Source: Escherichia coli (lineage in GTDB: Bacteria > Pseudomonadota > Gammaproteobacteria > Enterobacterales > Enterobacteriaceae). From it: a stretch of DNA of 64,000 nt. The notes beneath the pieces are model-generated. The model saw only the letters and a list, made by a program, of their open reading frames with translations. It was not told the origin of the DNA and ran no database searches. The position numbers and the translations under genes are program-made. Position 1 is the first letter of the stretch; each line of letters opens with the position of its first letter. Location of the stretch: NCBI RefSeq assembly GCF_044647545.1, contig NZ_CP172818.1. One strand, 5' to 3'. Positions 30,797 to 43,131 of the stretch are shown piece after piece.

Positions 30797-31448
30797 GCCA
30801 CTAACCTGGGAAAACGCCTTCTTTGGTGTTAACAGCGCCATCGTGCGCATCACGACTGAAGCACCGCTCCTGACGTCAGACGCGTTAGCGCCGTGGTCAC
30901 GGGTGCAGGCCAAAATTGCGGCATCAAATACGGGTGAACTGGATGCCCTGCAGCAGCTGGGATTCTCCCTGGTAGAAGGTGAAGTTGATTTGGCGCTACC
31001 CGTGAACAATGTCAGTGATAGTGGTGCAGTAGTGGCACAAGAGACCGATATTCCCGCATTACGTCAGTTAGCCAGCGCCGCATTTGCGCAAAGCCGTTTT
31101 CGTGCGCCGTGGTATGCGCCTGACGCCAGCGGTCGCTTTTATGCACAGTGGATTGAAAATGCCGTGCGCGGCACCTTTGATCATCAATGTCTGATTTTAC
31201 GTGCGGCGTCCGGCGATATTCGCGGTTATGTCTCTTTACGGGAACTCAATGCGACAGATGCGCGAATTGGCCTGCTGGCTGGACGCGGTGCAGGTGCTGA
31301 GCTAATGCAAACGGCGCTAAACTGGGCGTATGCTCGCGGTAAAACAACTTTGCGGGTGGCGACCCAGATGGGCAACACCGCCGCGCTTAAACGATACATA
31401 CAAAGTGGTGCGAATGTAGAAAGCACCGCGTACTGGTTATACAGGTGA
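30774..31448 (+). CDS. wecD: dTDP-fucosamine acetyltransferase (GNAT)
   Basis: 224-aa ORF from GTG overlapping rffH 3' end ([27 protein letters not shown]...); exact start uncertain. Confidence 0.8.
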   Translation: MPVRASIEPLTWENAFFGVNSAIVRITTEAPLLTSDALAPWSRVQAKIAASNTGELDALQQLGFSLVEGEVDLALPVNNVSDSGAVVAQETDIPALRQLASAAFAQSRFRAPWYAPDASGRFYAQWIENAVRGTFDHQCLILRAASGDIRGYVSLRELNATDARIGLLAGRGAGAELMQTALNWAYARGKTTLRVATQMGNTAALKRYIQSGANVESTAYWLYR

Positions 31449-31452
31449 TCAC

Positions 31453-32583
31453 ATGATTCCATTTAACGCACCGCCGGTGGTGGGTACCGAACTCGACTAT
31501 ATGCAGTCGGCAATGGGTAGCGGCAAACTGTGTGGCGATGGCGGTTTTACCCGTCGCTGCCAGCAGTGGCTGGAGCAACGTTTTGGCAGCGCCAAAGTGT
31601 TACTGACGCCGTCCTGCACCGCTTCGCTGGAGATGGCGGCGCTGCTGCTCGATATCCAGCCTGGCGATGAAGTGATCATGCCGAGCTACACCTTTGTCTC
31701 CACCGCCAATGCATTTGTGCTGCGTGGCGCGAAAATCGTTTTTGTGGATGTTCGCCCGGACACCATGAACATCGACGAAACGTTGATTGAAGCGGCGATC
31801 ACCGACAAAACGCGCGTTATCGTGCCGGTCCATTACGCGGGTGTGGCCTGCGAAATGGACACCATTATGGCGTTGGCGAAGAAGCATAATCTATTTGTGG
31901 TGGAAGATGCCGCTCAGGGCGTGATGTCCACTTACAAAGGGCGTGCGCTGGGAACCATTGGTCATATTGGCTGCTTTAGCTTCCATGAAACCAAAAACTA
32001 CACGGCGGGCGGTGAAGGCGGCGCGACGCTGATTAATGATAAAGCGTTGATCGAACGAGCCGAGATCATCCGTGAAAAAGGCACTAACCGCAGCCAGTTC
32101 TTCCGTGGTCAGGTCGATAAATATACCTGGCGCGATATCGGCTCCAGCTATTTGATGTCCGATCTGCAAGCTGCGTACCTGTGGGCGCAACTGGAGGCAG
32201 CGGATCGTATCAACCAGCAACGTCTGGCGCTGTGGCAAAACTACTACGATGCGTTAGCGCCTCTGGCGAAAGCCGGGCGTATCGAGCTGCCGTCGATTCC
32301 CGATGGCTGCGTGCAGAACGCGCATATGTTCTACATTAAACTGCGGGATATTGATGACCGGAGCGCGTTGATTAACTTTCTGAAAGAAGCGGAAATCATG
32401 GCGGTGTTCCATTACATTCCGCTGCACGGTTGCCCTGCGGGAGAACGCTTTGGTGAGTTCCACGGTGAAGATCGCTACACCACCAAAGAGAGCGAGCGCC
32501 TGGTGCGCCTGCCGTTGTTCTACAACCTGTCGCCCGTCAATCAGCGCACGGTAATTGCGACCTTGTTGAACTACTTCTCCTGA
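31453..32583 (+). CDS. wecE: dTDP-4-amino-4,6-dideoxygalactose transaminase
   Basis: 376-aa DegT/DnrJ/EryC1-family aminotransferase MIPFNAPPVVGTELDYMQSAMGSGKLCGDGGF... Confidence 0.9.
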   Translation: MIPFNAPPVVGTELDYMQSAMGSGKLCGDGGFTRRCQQWLEQRFGSAKVLLTPSCTASLEMAALLLDIQPGDEVIMPSYTFVSTANAFVLRGAKIVFVDVRPDTMNIDETLIEAAITDKTRVIVPVHYAGVACEMDTIMALAKKHNLFVVEDAAQGVMSTYKGRALGTIGHIGCFSFHETKNYTAGGEGGATLINDKALIERAEIIREKGTNRSQFFRGQVDKYTWRDIGSSYLMSDLQAAYLWAQLEAADRINQQRLALWQNYYDALAPLAKAGRIELPSIPDGCVQNAHMFYIKLRDIDDRSALINFLKEAEIMAVFHYIPLHGCPAGERFGEFHGEDRYTTKESERLVRLPLFYNLSPVNQRTVIATLLNYFS

Positions 32584-32584
32584 T

Positions 32585-33835
32585 ATGTCGTTGGCAAAAG
32601 CGTCCTTGTGGACGGCGGCCAGTACACTGGTCAAGATTGGTGCCGGGTTACTGGTCGGTAAGTTGCTGGCGGTGTCATTTGGTCCTGCGGGGCTTGGGCT
32701 GGCGGCAAATTTCCGCCAGTTGATTACCGTGCTCGGCGTGCTTGCCGGGGCGGGCATCTTTAATGGCGTAACCAAATACGTTGCTCAGTACCATGATAAT
32801 CCGCAGCAGCTGCGCCGCGTGGTCGGCACTTCATCAGCGATGGTACTTGGCTTCTCTATGCTAATGGCGCTGGTTTTTGTGCTGGCAGCTGCGCCAATCA
32901 GCCAGGGATTGTTCGGTAATACCGACTATCAGGGGCTGGTGCGTTTAGTGGCGTTGGTGCAAATGGGGATCGCCTGGGGCAACCTGTTACTGGCGTTGAT
33001 GAAAGGCTTTCGCGATGCCGCAGGTAATGCGTTATCCCTGATTGTCGGCAGCCTGATTGGCGTTCTTGCGTACTACGTCAGTTACCGTTTGGGCGGTTAT
33101 GAAGGGGCGTTGCTGGGGCTGGCGTTGATTCCCGCGCTGGTGGTAATTCCTGCCGCCATCATGTTGATCAAGCGTGGTGTCATCCCGTTAAGCTATCTGA
33201 AACCCAGCTGGGATAACGGTCTGGCAGGGCAGTTGAGCAAATTTACGCTCATGGCGTTGATTACGTCGGTGACCTTGCCTGTTGCTTACATCATGATGCG
33301 TAAACTGCTGGCGGCGCAGTATAGCTGGGATGAGGTGGGGATCTGGCAAGGGGTGAGCAGTATTTCCGATGCCTACCTGCAATTTATTACGGCATCGTTC
33401 AGCGTATATTTGCTGCCCACGTTGTCGCGGCTAACGGAAAAGCGCGATATCACCCGGGAAGTGGTTAAATCGCTGAAATTCGTCTTACCGGCAGTGGCGG
33501 CGGCGAGTTTTACCGTCTGGTTGCTGCGTGATTTTGCTATCTGGCTGCTGTTGTCGAATAAATTTACCGCTATGCGCGATCTCTTTGCCTGGCAGTTAGT
33601 GGGTGATGTGTTAAAAGTGGGCGCTTATGTCTTTGGTTATCTGGTGATCGCCAAAGCGTCACTGCGGTTTTATATTCTGGCGGAAATCAGCCAGTTCACT
33701 TTATTGATGGTATTTGCCCACTGGCTAATCCCTGCGCATGGCGCACTGGGCGCAGCACAGGCCTATATGGCAACCTATATCGTCTATTTTTCTCTTTGTT
33801 GTGGCGTGTTTTTACTCTGGCGTAGGCGGGCATGA
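32585..33835 (+). CDS. wzxE: ECA lipid III flippase (Wzx)
   Basis: 416-aa polytopic membrane protein immediately after wecE. Confidence 0.85.
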   Translation: MSLAKASLWTAASTLVKIGAGLLVGKLLAVSFGPAGLGLAANFRQLITVLGVLAGAGIFNGVTKYVAQYHDNPQQLRRVVGTSSAMVLGFSMLMALVFVLAAAPISQGLFGNTDYQGLVRLVALVQMGIAWGNLLLALMKGFRDAAGNALSLIVGSLIGVLAYYVSYRLGGYEGALLGLALIPALVVIPAAIMLIKRGVIPLSYLKPSWDNGLAGQLSKFTLMALITSVTLPVAYIMMRKLLAAQYSWDEVGIWQGVSSISDAYLQFITASFSVYLLPTLSRLTEKRDITREVVKSLKFVLPAVAAASFTVWLLRDFAIWLLLSNKFTAMRDLFAWQLVGDVLKVGAYVFGYLVIAKASLRFYILAEISQFTLLMVFAHWLIPAHGALGAAQAYMATYIVYFSLCCGVFLLWRRRA

Positions 33836-34911
33836 CTGTACTGATTCACGTACTGGGATCGGATATCCCTCACCATAACCGAACCGTTCTGCGGTTTTTC
33901 AACGACGCGCTGGCCGCGACGAGCGAGCACGCGCGCGAGTTTATGGTTGTTGGCAAGGACGACGGCTTAAGTGATAGCTGTCCGGCGCTTTCTGTGCAAT
34001 TTTTCCCTGGGAAAAAATCGCTGGCGGAAGCGGTCATCGCGAAAGCAAAAGCTAACCGTCAGCAGCGTTTTTTCTTCCACGGTCAGTTCAATCCCAAACT
34101 GTGGCTGGCTCTGCTGAGTGGTGGCATTAAGCCCAGCCAGTTTTTCTGGCATATCTGGGGAGCAGACCTGTACGAACTTTCCAGTGGCTTGAGATATAAG
34201 CTTTTTTACCCGCTACGTCGCCTGGCGCAAAAGAGAGTCGGCTGTGTATTTGCCACCCGCGGTGATTTGAGCTTTTTTGCCAAAACGCATCCAAAGGTGC
34301 GGGGAGAACTGCTGTACTTCCCGACGCGGATGGACCCTTCTCTTAATACGATGGCGAACGATCGGCAATGTGAAGGGAAAATGACCATTCTGGTGGGCAA
34401 CTCCGGCGACCGCAGCAATGAGCATATTGCTGTCTTGCGCGCCGTTCATCAGCAATTTGGCGATACGGTAAAAGTGGTGGTGCCGATGGGATATCCGCCT
34501 AATAACGAAGCGTACATCGAGGAAGTTCGTCAGGCGGGGCTGGAGTTATTCAGCGAAGAAAATCTGCAAGTTCTGAGCGAAAAACTGGAATTTGACGCCT
34601 ATCTGACGCTACTTCGTCAGTGCGATCTTGGTTACTTTATTTTTGCCCGCCAGCAGGGCATTGGTACGCTGTGCTTACTGATTCAGGCGGGCATTCCTTG
34701 TGTGCTTAACCGGGAAAATCCGTTCTGGCAGGATATGACGGAACAACATTTGCCGGTGCTGTTTACTACCGACGATCTCAACGAGGATATTGTGCGTGAA
34801 GCGCAGCGCCAGCTGGCGTCGGTGGATAAAAACACCATTGCCTTCTTTAGCCCTAACTATCTACAAGGCTGGCAGCGGGCGTTGGCGATTGCCACCGGGG
34901 AGGTCGCATGA
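33832..34911 (+). CDS. wecF: TDP-Fuc4NAc:lipid II Fuc4NAc transferase
   Basis: 359-aa [36 protein letters not shown]...; start overlaps wzxE stop. Confidence 0.85.
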   Translation: MTVLIHVLGSDIPHHNRTVLRFFNDALAATSEHAREFMVVGKDDGLSDSCPALSVQFFPGKKSLAEAVIAKAKANRQQRFFFHGQFNPKLWLALLSGGIKPSQFFWHIWGADLYELSSGLRYKLFYPLRRLAQKRVGCVFATRGDLSFFAKTHPKVRGELLYFPTRMDPSLNTMANDRQCEGKMTILVGNSGDRSNEHIAVLRAVHQQFGDTVKVVVPMGYPPNNEAYIEEVRQAGLELFSEENLQVLSEKLEFDAYLTLLRQCDLGYFIFARQQGIGTLCLLIQAGIPCVLNRENPFWQDMTEQHLPVLFTTDDLNEDIVREAQRQLASVDKNTIAFFSPNYLQGWQRALAIATGEVA

Positions 34912-36260
34912 GTCTGCTGCAATTCAGTGGCCTTTTTGTTGTCTGGCTGCTCTGCACGCTGTTTATTGCCACGCTGACCTGGTTTGAGTTTCGCCGTGTG
35001 CGCTTTAACTTCAATGTCTTCTTTTCATTGCTGTTTTTGCTCACCTTTTTCTTCGGCTTTCCGCTGACCAGCGTGCTGGTATTTCGCTTTGATGTTGGTG
35101 TCGCGCCGCCAGAAATCTTGTTGCAGGCGTTGCTTTCTGCAGGCTGCTTCTACGCGGTTTACTATGTCACCTACAAAACCCGTCTACGCAAACGCGTTGC
35201 TGATGCACCGCGCCGTCCGCTGTTTACCATGAACCGCGTGGAGACCAATCTCACGTGGGTGATCCTGATGGGCATCGCGCTGGTAAGCGTCGGCATCTTC
35301 TTCATGCACAACGGCTTTTTGCTGTTCCGGCTTAATTCTTACAGTCAGATCTTTTCCAGCGAAGTCTCCGGCGTGGCATTAAAACGCTTCTTTTACTTTT
35401 TCATCCCGGCGATGCTGGTGGTTTATTTTCTGCGCCAGGACAGCAAAGCGTGGCTGTTTTTCCTCGTCAGCACGGTCGCCTTTGGCTTGCTGACTTATAT
35501 GATTGTCGGCGGCACTCGCGCCAATATCATCATCGCATTCGCTATCTTCCTGTTTATTGGCATTATTCGCGGCTGGATTTCGTTGTGGATGCTGGCGGCG
35601 GCGGGTGTGCTGGGGATTGTGGGCATGTTCTGGCTGGCGTTAAAACGCTATGGAATGAATGTGAGCGGCGATGAAGCGTTCTATACGTTTCTCTATCTCA
35701 CTCGCGACACCTTTTCACCGTGGGAGAATCTGGCGTTGCTGTTGCAGAACTACGACAACATCGACTTCCAGGGCCTGGCTCCCATTGTCCGCGATTTCTA
35801 TGTCTTTATCCCTTCCTGGCTGTGGCCGGGTCGCCCGAGTATGGTGCTGAACTCAGCCAACTACTTTACCTGGGAAGTGCTGAATAACCACTCCGGACTG
35901 GCGATCTCGCCTACGCTTATAGGCTCACTGGTGGTGATGGGCGGCGCGTTGTTCATCCCGCTCGGGGCGATTGTGGTTGGCCTGATCATCAAATGGTTCG
36001 ACTGGCTGTATGAGCTGGGCAACCGCGAGACTAATCGCTATAAGGCTGCGATATTACACAGTTTCTGCTTCGGGGCGATCTTCAATATGATCGTGCTGGC
36101 GCGTGAAGGGCTGGATTCGTTTGTCTCACGCGTGGTCTTTTTTATCGTGGTCTTCGGCGCATGTCTGATGATCGCAAAACTGTTGTACTGGCTTTTTGAA
36201 AGCGCCGGACTCATTCATAAACGTACAAAATCATCGCTCCGGACGCAGATTGAAGGATAA
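34908..36260 (+). CDS. wzyE: ECA polymerase (Wzy)
   Basis: 450-aa highly hydrophobic multi-TM ORF, overlapping wecF stop. Confidence 0.85.
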   Translation: MSLLQFSGLFVVWLLCTLFIATLTWFEFRRVRFNFNVFFSLLFLLTFFFGFPLTSVLVFRFDVGVAPPEILLQALLSAGCFYAVYYVTYKTRLRKRVADAPRRPLFTMNRVETNLTWVILMGIALVSVGIFFMHNGFLLFRLNSYSQIFSSEVSGVALKRFFYFFIPAMLVVYFLRQDSKAWLFFLVSTVAFGLLTYMIVGGTRANIIIAFAIFLFIGIIRGWISLWMLAAAGVLGIVGMFWLALKRYGMNVSGDEAFYTFLYLTRDTFSPWENLALLLQNYDNIDFQGLAPIVRDFYVFIPSWLWPGRPSMVLNSANYFTWEVLNNHSGLAISPTLIGSLVVMGGALFIPLGAIVVGLIIKWFDWLYELGNRETNRYKAAILHSFCFGAIFNMIVLAREGLDSFVSRVVFFIVVFGACLMIAKLLYWLFESAGLIHKRTKSSLRTQIEG

Positions 36261-36262
36261 CA

Positions 36263-37003
36263 ATGAATAACACCACCACGGCACCGACCTATACACTGCG
36301 TGGCTTACAGTTGATTGGTTGGCGTGATATGCAGCACGCCCTCGATTATCTGTTTGCTGACGGGCAGCTTAAGCAGGGAACGCTGGTTGCCATTAATGCC
36401 GAAAAAATGCTGACCATTGAAGATAACGCCGAGGTCCGGGAGTTAATTAACGCTGCCGAATTTAAATATGCGGATGGCATCAGCGTTGTACGTTCAGTAC
36501 GTAAAAAGTACCCGCAGGCGCAGGTTTCCCGCGTTGCCGGGGCCGATCTCTGGGAAGAGCTGATGGCGCGCGCAGGCAAAGAAGGGACACCGGTATTTCT
36601 TGTGGGCGGTAAACCTGAAGTGCTGGCGCAAACTGAAGCTAAACTGCGCAACCAGTGGAATGTGAATATCGTTGGCAGTCAGGATGGTTATTTTAAACCC
36701 GAGCAGCGTCAGGCGCTGTTTGAACGCATTCATGCCAGCGGCGCGCAAATCGTCACTGTTGCGATGGGATCGCCAAAGCAGGAGATCTTCATGCGCGACT
36801 GCCGTCTGGTGCATCCGGATGCGCTGTATATGGGCGTTGGCGGGACTTACGATGTTTTCACCGGTCACGTAAAACGTGCACCGAAAATCTGGCAAACGCT
36901 GGGACTGGAGTGGCTCTACCGCCTGCTTTCGCAGCCGAGCCGCATTAAGCGTCAGCTTCGTTTGCTGCGTTATTTACGCTGGCACTACACCGGCAACCTC
37001 TGA
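36263..37003 (+). CDS. wecG: UDP-ManNAcA:lipid I ManNAcA transferase
   Basis: 246-aa WecB/TagA/CpsF-family glycosyltransferase; last gene of the ECA cluster. Confidence 0.85.
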   Translation: MNNTTTAPTYTLRGLQLIGWRDMQHALDYLFADGQLKQGTLVAINAEKMLTIEDNAEVRELINAAEFKYADGISVVRSVRKKYPQAQVSRVAGADLWEELMARAGKEGTPVFLVGGKPEVLAQTEAKLRNQWNVNIVGSQDGYFKPEQRQALFERIHASGAQIVTVAMGSPKQEIFMRDCRLVHPDALYMGVGGTYDVFTGHVKRAPKIWQTLGLEWLYRLLSQPSRIKRQLRLLRYLRWHYTGNL

Positions 37004-37193
37004 TTTTCCTCTCTTTGTAAAGCGACGGAGTGGTCACTCCGTCGCCTGTCTGCTTTTTTATTACACAAAGCATTCAAATTTTTAATGCTTTATTTGCCAT
37101 TTCTCCTGAATTACGAAAACATTCGCAACACTCGATGTACCCATAACGATAACCGGTAACACCGGAAAGCATGCAAACACAACACGAGGATTT

Positions 37194-38579
37194 ATGGCAG
37201 ATAACAAACCAGAGCTACAGCGTGGGCTGGAAGCTCGACATATCGAACTCATCGCCCTGGGGGGCACCATTGGCGTCGGCCTGTTTATGGGGGCCGCCAG
37301 TACCCTGAAATGGGCCGGGCCATCTGTATTGTTGGCCTATATCATCGCCGGGCTGTTCGTCTTTTTCATCATGCGTTCAATGGGCGAAATGTTGTTCCTC
37401 GAACCGGTTACCGGTTCGTTCGCCGTTTACGCGCATCGTTATATGAGCCCGTTCTTTGGTTATCTCACCGCCTGGTCTTACTGGTTTATGTGGATGGCGG
37501 TGGGGATCTCAGAAATCACCGCCATTGGCGTTTATGTCCAGTTCTGGTTCCCGGAGATGGCGCAGTGGATACCCGCATTGATCGCAGTGGCGCTGGTGGC
37601 GTTGGCGAATCTGGCGGCGGTGAGGTTGTACGGCGAAATCGAGTTCTGGTTCGCGATGATCAAAGTCACCACGATTATCGTGATGATTGTCATTGGCCTG
37701 GGCGTGATTTTCTTTGGCTTTGGCAATGGCGGGCAGTCGATTGGTTTTAGCAATCTCACAGAGCATGGCGGTTTCTTTGCTGGTGGCTGGAAAGGGTTCC
37801 TGACCGCATTGTGTATTGTGGTGGCGTCCTACCAGGGCGTGGAGCTGATTGGCATTACTGCCGGTGAAGCGAAGAATCCGCAGGTGACGCTGCGCAGTGC
37901 TGTAGGCAAGGTGCTGTGGCGAATCCTGATTTTCTACGTTGGCGCGATTTTCGTTATCGTCACCATCTTCCCGTGGAATGAAATAGGCAGCAACGGTAGC
38001 CCGTTCGTACTGACTTTCGCCAAAATCGGCATTACCGCAGCGGCGGGCATTATCAACTTTGTGGTGCTGACGGCTGCGCTCTCTGGCTGTAACAGCGGCA
38101 TGTACAGTTGCGGACGTATGCTCTATGCACTGGCGAAAAACCGTCAGTTACCGGCGGCAATGGCGAAAGTTTCCCGTCACGGCGTACCGGTTGCGGGTGT
38201 GGCAGTATCTATTGCTATTCTGCTAATTGGCTCATGCCTGAACTACATCATTCCCAATCCGCAGCGTGTGTTTGTCTACGTCTACAGTGCCAGCGTGCTT
38301 CCGGGGATGGTGCCATGGTTTGTGATATTGATTAGCCAGCTGCGTTTTCGTCGTGCGCATAAAGCGGCAATTGCCAGCCATCCGTTCCGCTCAATCCTGT
38401 TCCCGTGGGCCAACTACGTAACAATGGCATTCCTGATTTGCGTTTTGATCGGCATGTACTTTAATGAAGATACGCGTATGTCGCTGTTTGTCGGCATCAT
38501 CTTTATGCTGGCGGTGACGGCGATTTATAAAATTTTTGGGCTTAATCGCCACGGTAAAGCGCATAAACTGGAGGAATAA
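37194..38579 (+). CDS. yifK: amino-acid permease (APC family)
   Basis: 461-aa 12-[41 protein letters not shown]... Confidence 0.85.
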   Translation: MADNKPELQRGLEARHIELIALGGTIGVGLFMGAASTLKWAGPSVLLAYIIAGLFVFFIMRSMGEMLFLEPVTGSFAVYAHRYMSPFFGYLTAWSYWFMWMAVGISEITAIGVYVQFWFPEMAQWIPALIAVALVALANLAAVRLYGEIEFWFAMIKVTTIIVMIVIGLGVIFFGFGNGGQSIGFSNLTEHGGFFAGGWKGFLTALCIVVASYQGVELIGITAGEAKNPQVTLRSAVGKVLWRILIFYVGAIFVIVTIFPWNEIGSNGSPFVLTFAKIGITAAAGIINFVVLTAALSGCNSGMYSCGRMLYALAKNRQLPAAMAKVSRHGVPVAGVAVSIAILLIGSCLNYIIPNPQRVFVYVYSASVLPGMVPWFVILISQLRFRRAHKAAIASHPFRSILFPWANYVTMAFLICVLIGMYFNEDTRMSLFVGIIFMLAVTAIYKIFGLNRHGKAHKLEE

Positions 38580-38681
38580 GCAGCAAAACGCACAAACCGT
38601 AACCAAACGCGCAATTTATTTAAAAAGAGACTAGACAGAGGGGTGGGAAGTCCGTATTATCCACCCCCGCAACGGCGCTAA

Positions 38682-38758
<77 letters not shown>

Positions 38759-38815
38759 TTTAGTCCCGGCGCTTGAGCTGCGGTGGTAGTAATACCGCGT
38801 AACAAGATTTGTAGT

Positions 38816-38892
38816 GGTGGCTATAGCTCAGTTGGTAGAGCCCTGGATTGTGATTCCAGTTGTCGTGGGTTCGAATCCCATTAGCCACCCCA
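38816..38892 (+). tRNA. hisR: tRNA-His (GUG) with extra 5' G(-1)
   Basis: GGTGGCTATAGCTCAGTTGGTAGAGCCCTGGATTGTGATTCCAGTTGTCGTGGGTTCGAATCCCATTAGCCACCCCA. Confidence 0.95.
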
Positions 38893-38912
38893 TTATTAGA
38901 AGTTGTGACAAT

Positions 38913-38998
38913 GCGAAGGTGGCGGAATTGGTAGACGCGCTAGCTTCAGGTGTTAGTGTCCTTACGGACGTGGGGGTTCAAGTCCCCCCCTCGCACCA
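38913..38998 (+). tRNA. leuT: tRNA-Leu (CAG), class II; 86 nt here
   Basis: GCGAAGGTGGCGGAATTGGTAGACGCGCTAGCTTCAGGTGTTAGTGTCCTTACGGACGTGGGGGTTCAAGTCCCCCCCTCGCACCA; the C-run is 7 nt, leaving the 3' acceptor strand one nt short (see findings). Confidence 0.85.
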
Positions 38999-39040
38999 CG
39001 ACTTTAAAGAATTGAACTAAAAATTCAAAAAGCAGTATTT

Positions 39041-39117
39041 CGGCGAGTAGCGCAGCTTGGTAGCGCAACTGGTTTGGGACCAGTGGGTCGGAGGTTCGAA
39101 TCCTCTCTCGCCGACCA
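39041..39117 (+). tRNA. proM: tRNA-Pro (UGG)
   Basis: CGGCGAGTAGCGCAGCTTGGTAGCGCAACTGGTTTGGGACCAGTGGGTCGGAGGTTCGAATCCTCTCTCGCCGACCA. Confidence 0.95.
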
Positions 39118-39123
39118 ATTTTG

Positions 39124-39147
39124 AACCCCGCTTCGGCGGGGTTTTTT
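39124..39147 (+). terminator. terminator of the argX–hisR–leuT–proM operon
   Basis: AACCCCGC-TTCG-GCGGGGTT followed by TTTTTGTTTT. Confidence 0.8.
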
Positions 39148-39263
39148 GTTTTCTGTGCATTTCATCACTCTCCGTTCGCAATAAACGCCCGTAATAACTC
39201 ATTGTCCTACGGTATGATTTCGCCCTTAACGTATTGAAGGATGACTTCAGGCAAGGAGCGACC

Positions 39264-40499
39264 ATGCTGCAACAGGTTCCAACGCGTGCTTTTCATGTGA
39301 TGGCGAAACCGAGCGGTTCCGATTGTAATCTGAACTGTGACTACTGTTTTTATCTCGAAAAACAATCCCTTTACCGCGAAAAGCCAGTCACGCATATGGA
39401 CGATGACACGCTGGAAGCGTATGTCCGTCACTATATCGCTGCCAGCGAAACCCAAAACGAAGTGGCTTTTACCTGGCAGGGCGGCGAACCAACGTTACTC
39501 GGGCTGGATTTTTACCGCCGAGCCGTGGCGCTACAGGCGAAATATGGTGCTGGCAGGAAGATAAGTAACAGCTTCCAGACTAACGGCGTTCTGCTTGATG
39601 ACGAATGGTGTGCATTTCTGGCAGAAAATCATTTTCTTGTTGGGTTATCGCTGGATGGTCCGGCTGAGATCCACAATCAATATCGCGTGACCAAAGGCGG
39701 CAGACCAACGCATAAGCTGGTGATGCGTGCCCTGACGCTCCTGCAAAAACATCATGTCGACTATAACGTGCTGGTCTGCGTAAATCGCACCAGTGCGTTA
39801 CAACCTTTGCAAATCTATGATTTTCTGTGTGATGCAGGCGTTGAGTTTATCCAGTTTATTCCGGTGGTCGAGCGCCTGGCTGATGAAACGGCTGCTCATG
39901 CTGGACTTAAGCTACATGCTCCCGGCGATATTCAGGGCGAACTGACGGAATGGTCGGTACGCCCCGATGAGTTCGGTGAATTTTTGGTGGCGATATTCGA
40001 CCACTGGATCAAACGCGACGTCGGCAAGATTTTCGTGATGAATATCGAATGGGCGTTTGCCAATTTTGTCGGTGCGCCAGGAGCGGTTTGCCATCATCAG
40101 CCAACCTGTGGGCGCTCGGTGATTGTTGAACACAACGGCGACGTTTACGCCTGCGATCACTATGTTTATTCGCAATATCGACTGGGGAATATGCTTCAGC
40201 AGACAATTGCAGAAATGGTAGATTCCCCGCAACAGCAGGTGTTTGGTGAAGATAAATTTAAGCAGTTACCAGCGCAGTGTCGCAGTTGTAACGTGTTAAA
40301 AGCATGTTGGGGAGGCTGCCCGAAACACCGCTTTATGCTCGATGCCAGCGGCAAACCGGGGCTGAATTATTTGTGTGCCGGGTATCAGCGTTATTTCCGC
40401 CATCTACCGCCATATCTTAAAGCAATGGCTGATTTGCTGGCGCACGGTCGTCCGGCCAGCGACATTATGCAGGCGCATTTGATGGTGGTGAATAAGTAG
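39264..40499 (+). CDS. aslB: anaerobic sulfatase-maturating enzyme homolog (radical SAM)
   Basis: MLQQVPTRAFHVMAKPSGSDCNLNCDYCFY... (CxxxCxxC radical-SAM motif); 411 aa from this start. Confidence 0.85.
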   Translation: MLQQVPTRAFHVMAKPSGSDCNLNCDYCFYLEKQSLYREKPVTHMDDDTLEAYVRHYIAASETQNEVAFTWQGGEPTLLGLDFYRRAVALQAKYGAGRKISNSFQTNGVLLDDEWCAFLAENHFLVGLSLDGPAEIHNQYRVTKGGRPTHKLVMRALTLLQKHHVDYNVLVCVNRTSALQPLQIYDFLCDAGVEFIQFIPVVERLADETAAHAGLKLHAPGDIQGELTEWSVRPDEFGEFLVAIFDHWIKRDVGKIFVMNIEWAFANFVGAPGAVCHHQPTCGRSVIVEHNGDVYACDHYVYSQYRLGNMLQQTIAEMVDSPQQQVFGEDKFKQLPAQCRSCNVLKACWGGCPKHRFMLDASGKPGLNYLCAGYQRYFRHLPPYLKAMADLLAHGRPASDIMQAHLMVVNK

Positions 40500-40640
40500 A
40501 AATCGGCGGCCGCCTGCGGTTGATTGCCGGATGCGGCGTGAACGCCTTATCCGGCCTACAATCCTTGCAAATTCAATAAATTGCAGCGTTCTGTAGGCTG
40601 GATAAGATGCGTCAGCATCGCATCCGGCAAAGGCAGATCT
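40500..40640. repeat. REP/BIME cluster
   Basis: Units such as GCCGGATGCGGCGTGAACGCCTTATCCGGCCTACA and TGTAGGCTGGATAAGATGCGTCAGCATCGCATCCGGCA in inverted orientation between convergent aslB and aslA. Confidence 0.8.
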
Positions 40641-40656
40641 CAGCGATAGCGCCGGC

Positions 40657-42312
40657 TTAATCAGATTTAATCTGCGCGCGTGGTGGATATTTTTTCAGGA
40701 TCTCCATATACGCGTGCATTTCGGTCTGTAGCGGTACACCCATTGGGATATGGCGCACGCCGATGGAGTCGCTTTCCTGCGGATCGGTGTACAGGTTAAA
40801 CACCGACGATCCCGCCGTTTGCATTACTGTGCCGGTGAATCCACCCTGATACCCGCTCTGTGTATACGCGTACGGTTGCTGGATCAGGACGTGATACTTG
40901 AACTCATCCATACGCACAGCAGAAAGTTTACCGTTGAGGAAGTAGTGCTCGGCCTTACGGTTAGACTGACCATTTGTTCCCAGGAAGAAAGATGTCTGGT
41001 CCACACCATCGATAAAGGTGGTTTTCGGTACTAAATTCGCTACTTTCGCCCCAGGATGCCCCGCCAGATCCAGCGCCGTAGGGAAGAGATCCGCCAGATC
41101 GACAATGCCGTCAGATTTACGCGGTTGGATCATGCCTTTCCAGTAAACGAAGGTTGGCACACGAACGCCGCCTTCCCATGTAGAACCTTTCGCACCGCGG
41201 AACGGCGTGCGACCGTGCGGCGGAACTTCGGCTTCCGGACCGTTATCAGAGGTGAACACAATCAGCGTGTTATCAAGCTGACCGTTTTTCTCCAGTGCTT
41301 TATACAGATTGGCGAAGATATCGTTCATCTCCACCATGCAGTCGCCGTAAGAGGTGCGCGCCGGAGAGCTACCCGCATATTTCGCATTTGGGTAGTTATC
41401 GAAGTGACAGCCACGAGTGCCGTAATAGAGGAAGAAAGGCTTATCGCTCTTCGCCATCTTGTCGAGGAACTTAACGCCATATTCCATCCAGCGTTGATCC
41501 AGGTCTTCCATATATTTCGGCGTAATGTCGGCAATGGCTTCCTGTTCACCGCCGCGCACGGCATGAACGTCATCTTTGCTGAACGGCAGTTTTTGGATGT
41601 ATTCAGAACGATCCGGGCTCAGGGCGACTTCCGGGTTGACGTGAACATCACGCCATTCGGTATACATATCGGATACCGAGTTAAAGCCGCGGAAATCATC
41701 AAAGCCAACGTTCTGCGGCTGCGACTCTTTGTTTTCCCCCATATGCCATTTCCCGATGGCCTGAGTGACGTAGCCCTGATCGTGCAGCAACTGCGGCAGA
41801 GTGGTTAACCCTTGCAGACCGCCCGGTTGCCCGTACATTGGCGGCATCAGAATGCCGTGGTGGATGGAGTATTGTCCGGTAAGAATCGTGGCGCGGGTTG
41901 GGGAAGAACTCGGTTGAGAATACGCCGAAGTTAAAATCAGCCCCTGGCTGGCAACGGCGTCGATATCTGGTGTAGGGTTACCCACCGCCACGCCGCCGCC
42001 GTTAAAGCCAACATCCATCCAGCCCACATCATCCAGCAAGAAAACAACCACGTTCGGTTTCTTACCGGTTTTTTTCTCAAGTTCTGCCAGCTTCTGCTGG
42101 GTTTCTTTGTCTTGTGCAGGATGCTGCATCACCGGCATCATGTTGTCGGCAATAGTGGTCGCCGGTTTAACCAGATACTGGTTTGGGTGATCGTATCCGG
42201 CAAAGCCTTTGCGTGCGGTGGCGGTTGACGGGGTATCTGCTGCGTTGGCCATGAGTGGAAGAGCGGCGGCGACAGCTACAACAAGAAGTTTGGGTGAAAA
42301 CGAAAATTCCAT
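40657..42312 (-). CDS. aslA: arylsulfatase-family protein
   Basis: 551-aa ORF with signal peptide ([24 protein letters not shown]) and sulfatase active-site region ([11 protein letters not shown], which contains the CxPxR-type signature as SxPxR). Confidence 0.85.
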   Translation of the reverse strand: MEFSFSPKLLVVAVAAALPLMANAADTPSTATARKGFAGYDHPNQYLVKPATTIADNMMPVMQHPAQDKETQQKLAELEKKTGKKPNVVVFLLDDVGWMDVGFNGGGVAVGNPTPDIDAVASQGLILTSAYSQPSSSPTRATILTGQYSIHHGILMPPMYGQPGGLQGLTTLPQLLHDQGYVTQAIGKWHMGENKESQPQNVGFDDFRGFNSVSDMYTEWRDVHVNPEVALSPDRSEYIQKLPFSKDDVHAVRGGEQEAIADITPKYMEDLDQRWMEYGVKFLDKMAKSDKPFFLYYGTRGCHFDNYPNAKYAGSSPARTSYGDCMVEMNDIFANLYKALEKNGQLDNTLIVFTSDNGPEAEVPPHGRTPFRGAKGSTWEGGVRVPTFVYWKGMIQPRKSDGIVDLADLFPTALDLAGHPGAKVANLVPKTTFIDGVDQTSFFLGTNGQSNRKAEHYFLNGKLSAVRMDEFKYHVLIQQPYAYTQSGYQGGFTGTVMQTAGSSVFNLYTDPQESDSIGVRHIPMGVPLQTEMHAYMEILKKYPPRAQIKSD

Positions 42313-42721
42313 GCAAAATGCTCCGGTTTCATGTCGTCAAAATGTTGACGTAATTAAGCATTGATAATTGAGATCCCTCTCCCTGACAGGATGATTGCAT
42401 AAATAATAGTGATGAAAATAAATTATTTATTTATCCAGAAAATGAATTGGAAAATCAGGAGAGCGTTTTCAATCCTACCTCTGGCGCAGGTGATATGTAA
42501 GGCGGTGATGTTATATCGCGTTGATTATTGATGCTGTTTTTAGTTTTAACGGCAATTAATATATATGTTATTAATTGAATGACTTTTATTATTCATTATA
42601 TATATATGTAGAATCGTGCGCAGGAGAAATATTCACTCAGGAAGCAAAGAGGATTACAGAATTATCTCATAACAAGTGTTAAGGGATGTTATTTCCCGGT
42701 TCTCTGTGGCATAATAAACGA

Positions 42722-42928
42722 GTAGATGCTCATTCCATCTCTTATGTTCGCCTTAGTGCCTCATAAACTCCGGAATGACGCAGAGCCGTTTACGGTGCTT
42801 ATCGTCCACTGACAGATGTCGCTTATGCCTCATCAGACACCATGGACACAACGTTGAGTGAAGCACCCACTTGTTGTCATACAGACCTGTTTTAACGCCT
42901 GCTCCGTAATAAGAGCAGGCGTTTTTTT
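42722..42928 (+). ncRNA. glmZ: small regulatory RNA GlmZ
   Basis: GTAGATGCTCATTCCATCTCTTATGTTCGCC...GCTCCGTAATAAGAGCAGGCGTTTTTTT matches my recollection of E. coli GlmZ (~207 nt), with sigma70-like -10 (CATAAT) upstream and intrinsic terminator. Confidence 0.85.
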
Positions 42929-43028
42929 ATGACCGGATAAAGAACTGGTTACGTCGCTCCTTCATCTTCTTTAACTCTTACAAAACCCAAAGAATTCTTC
43001 ACCTTTCATTTCCCTATTCTTTTTCTCC

Positions 43029-43126
<98 letters not shown>

Positions 43127-43131
43127 ATAGA

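Noticed and set aside
24223-37003. Twelve-gene polysaccharide cluster as a candidate novel or horizontally acquired capsule/O-antigen system
   Set aside because: Gene content and order match the conserved enterobacterial common antigen (wec/rff) locus downstream of rho; it is core genome.
42313-42721. ~400-bp AT-rich stretch with TA repeats upstream of glmZ, as possible foreign DNA or a hidden gene
   Set aside because: No ORF with coding character; it is the divergent aslA/glmZ promoter region, and AT-rich curved DNA is typical of such control regions.
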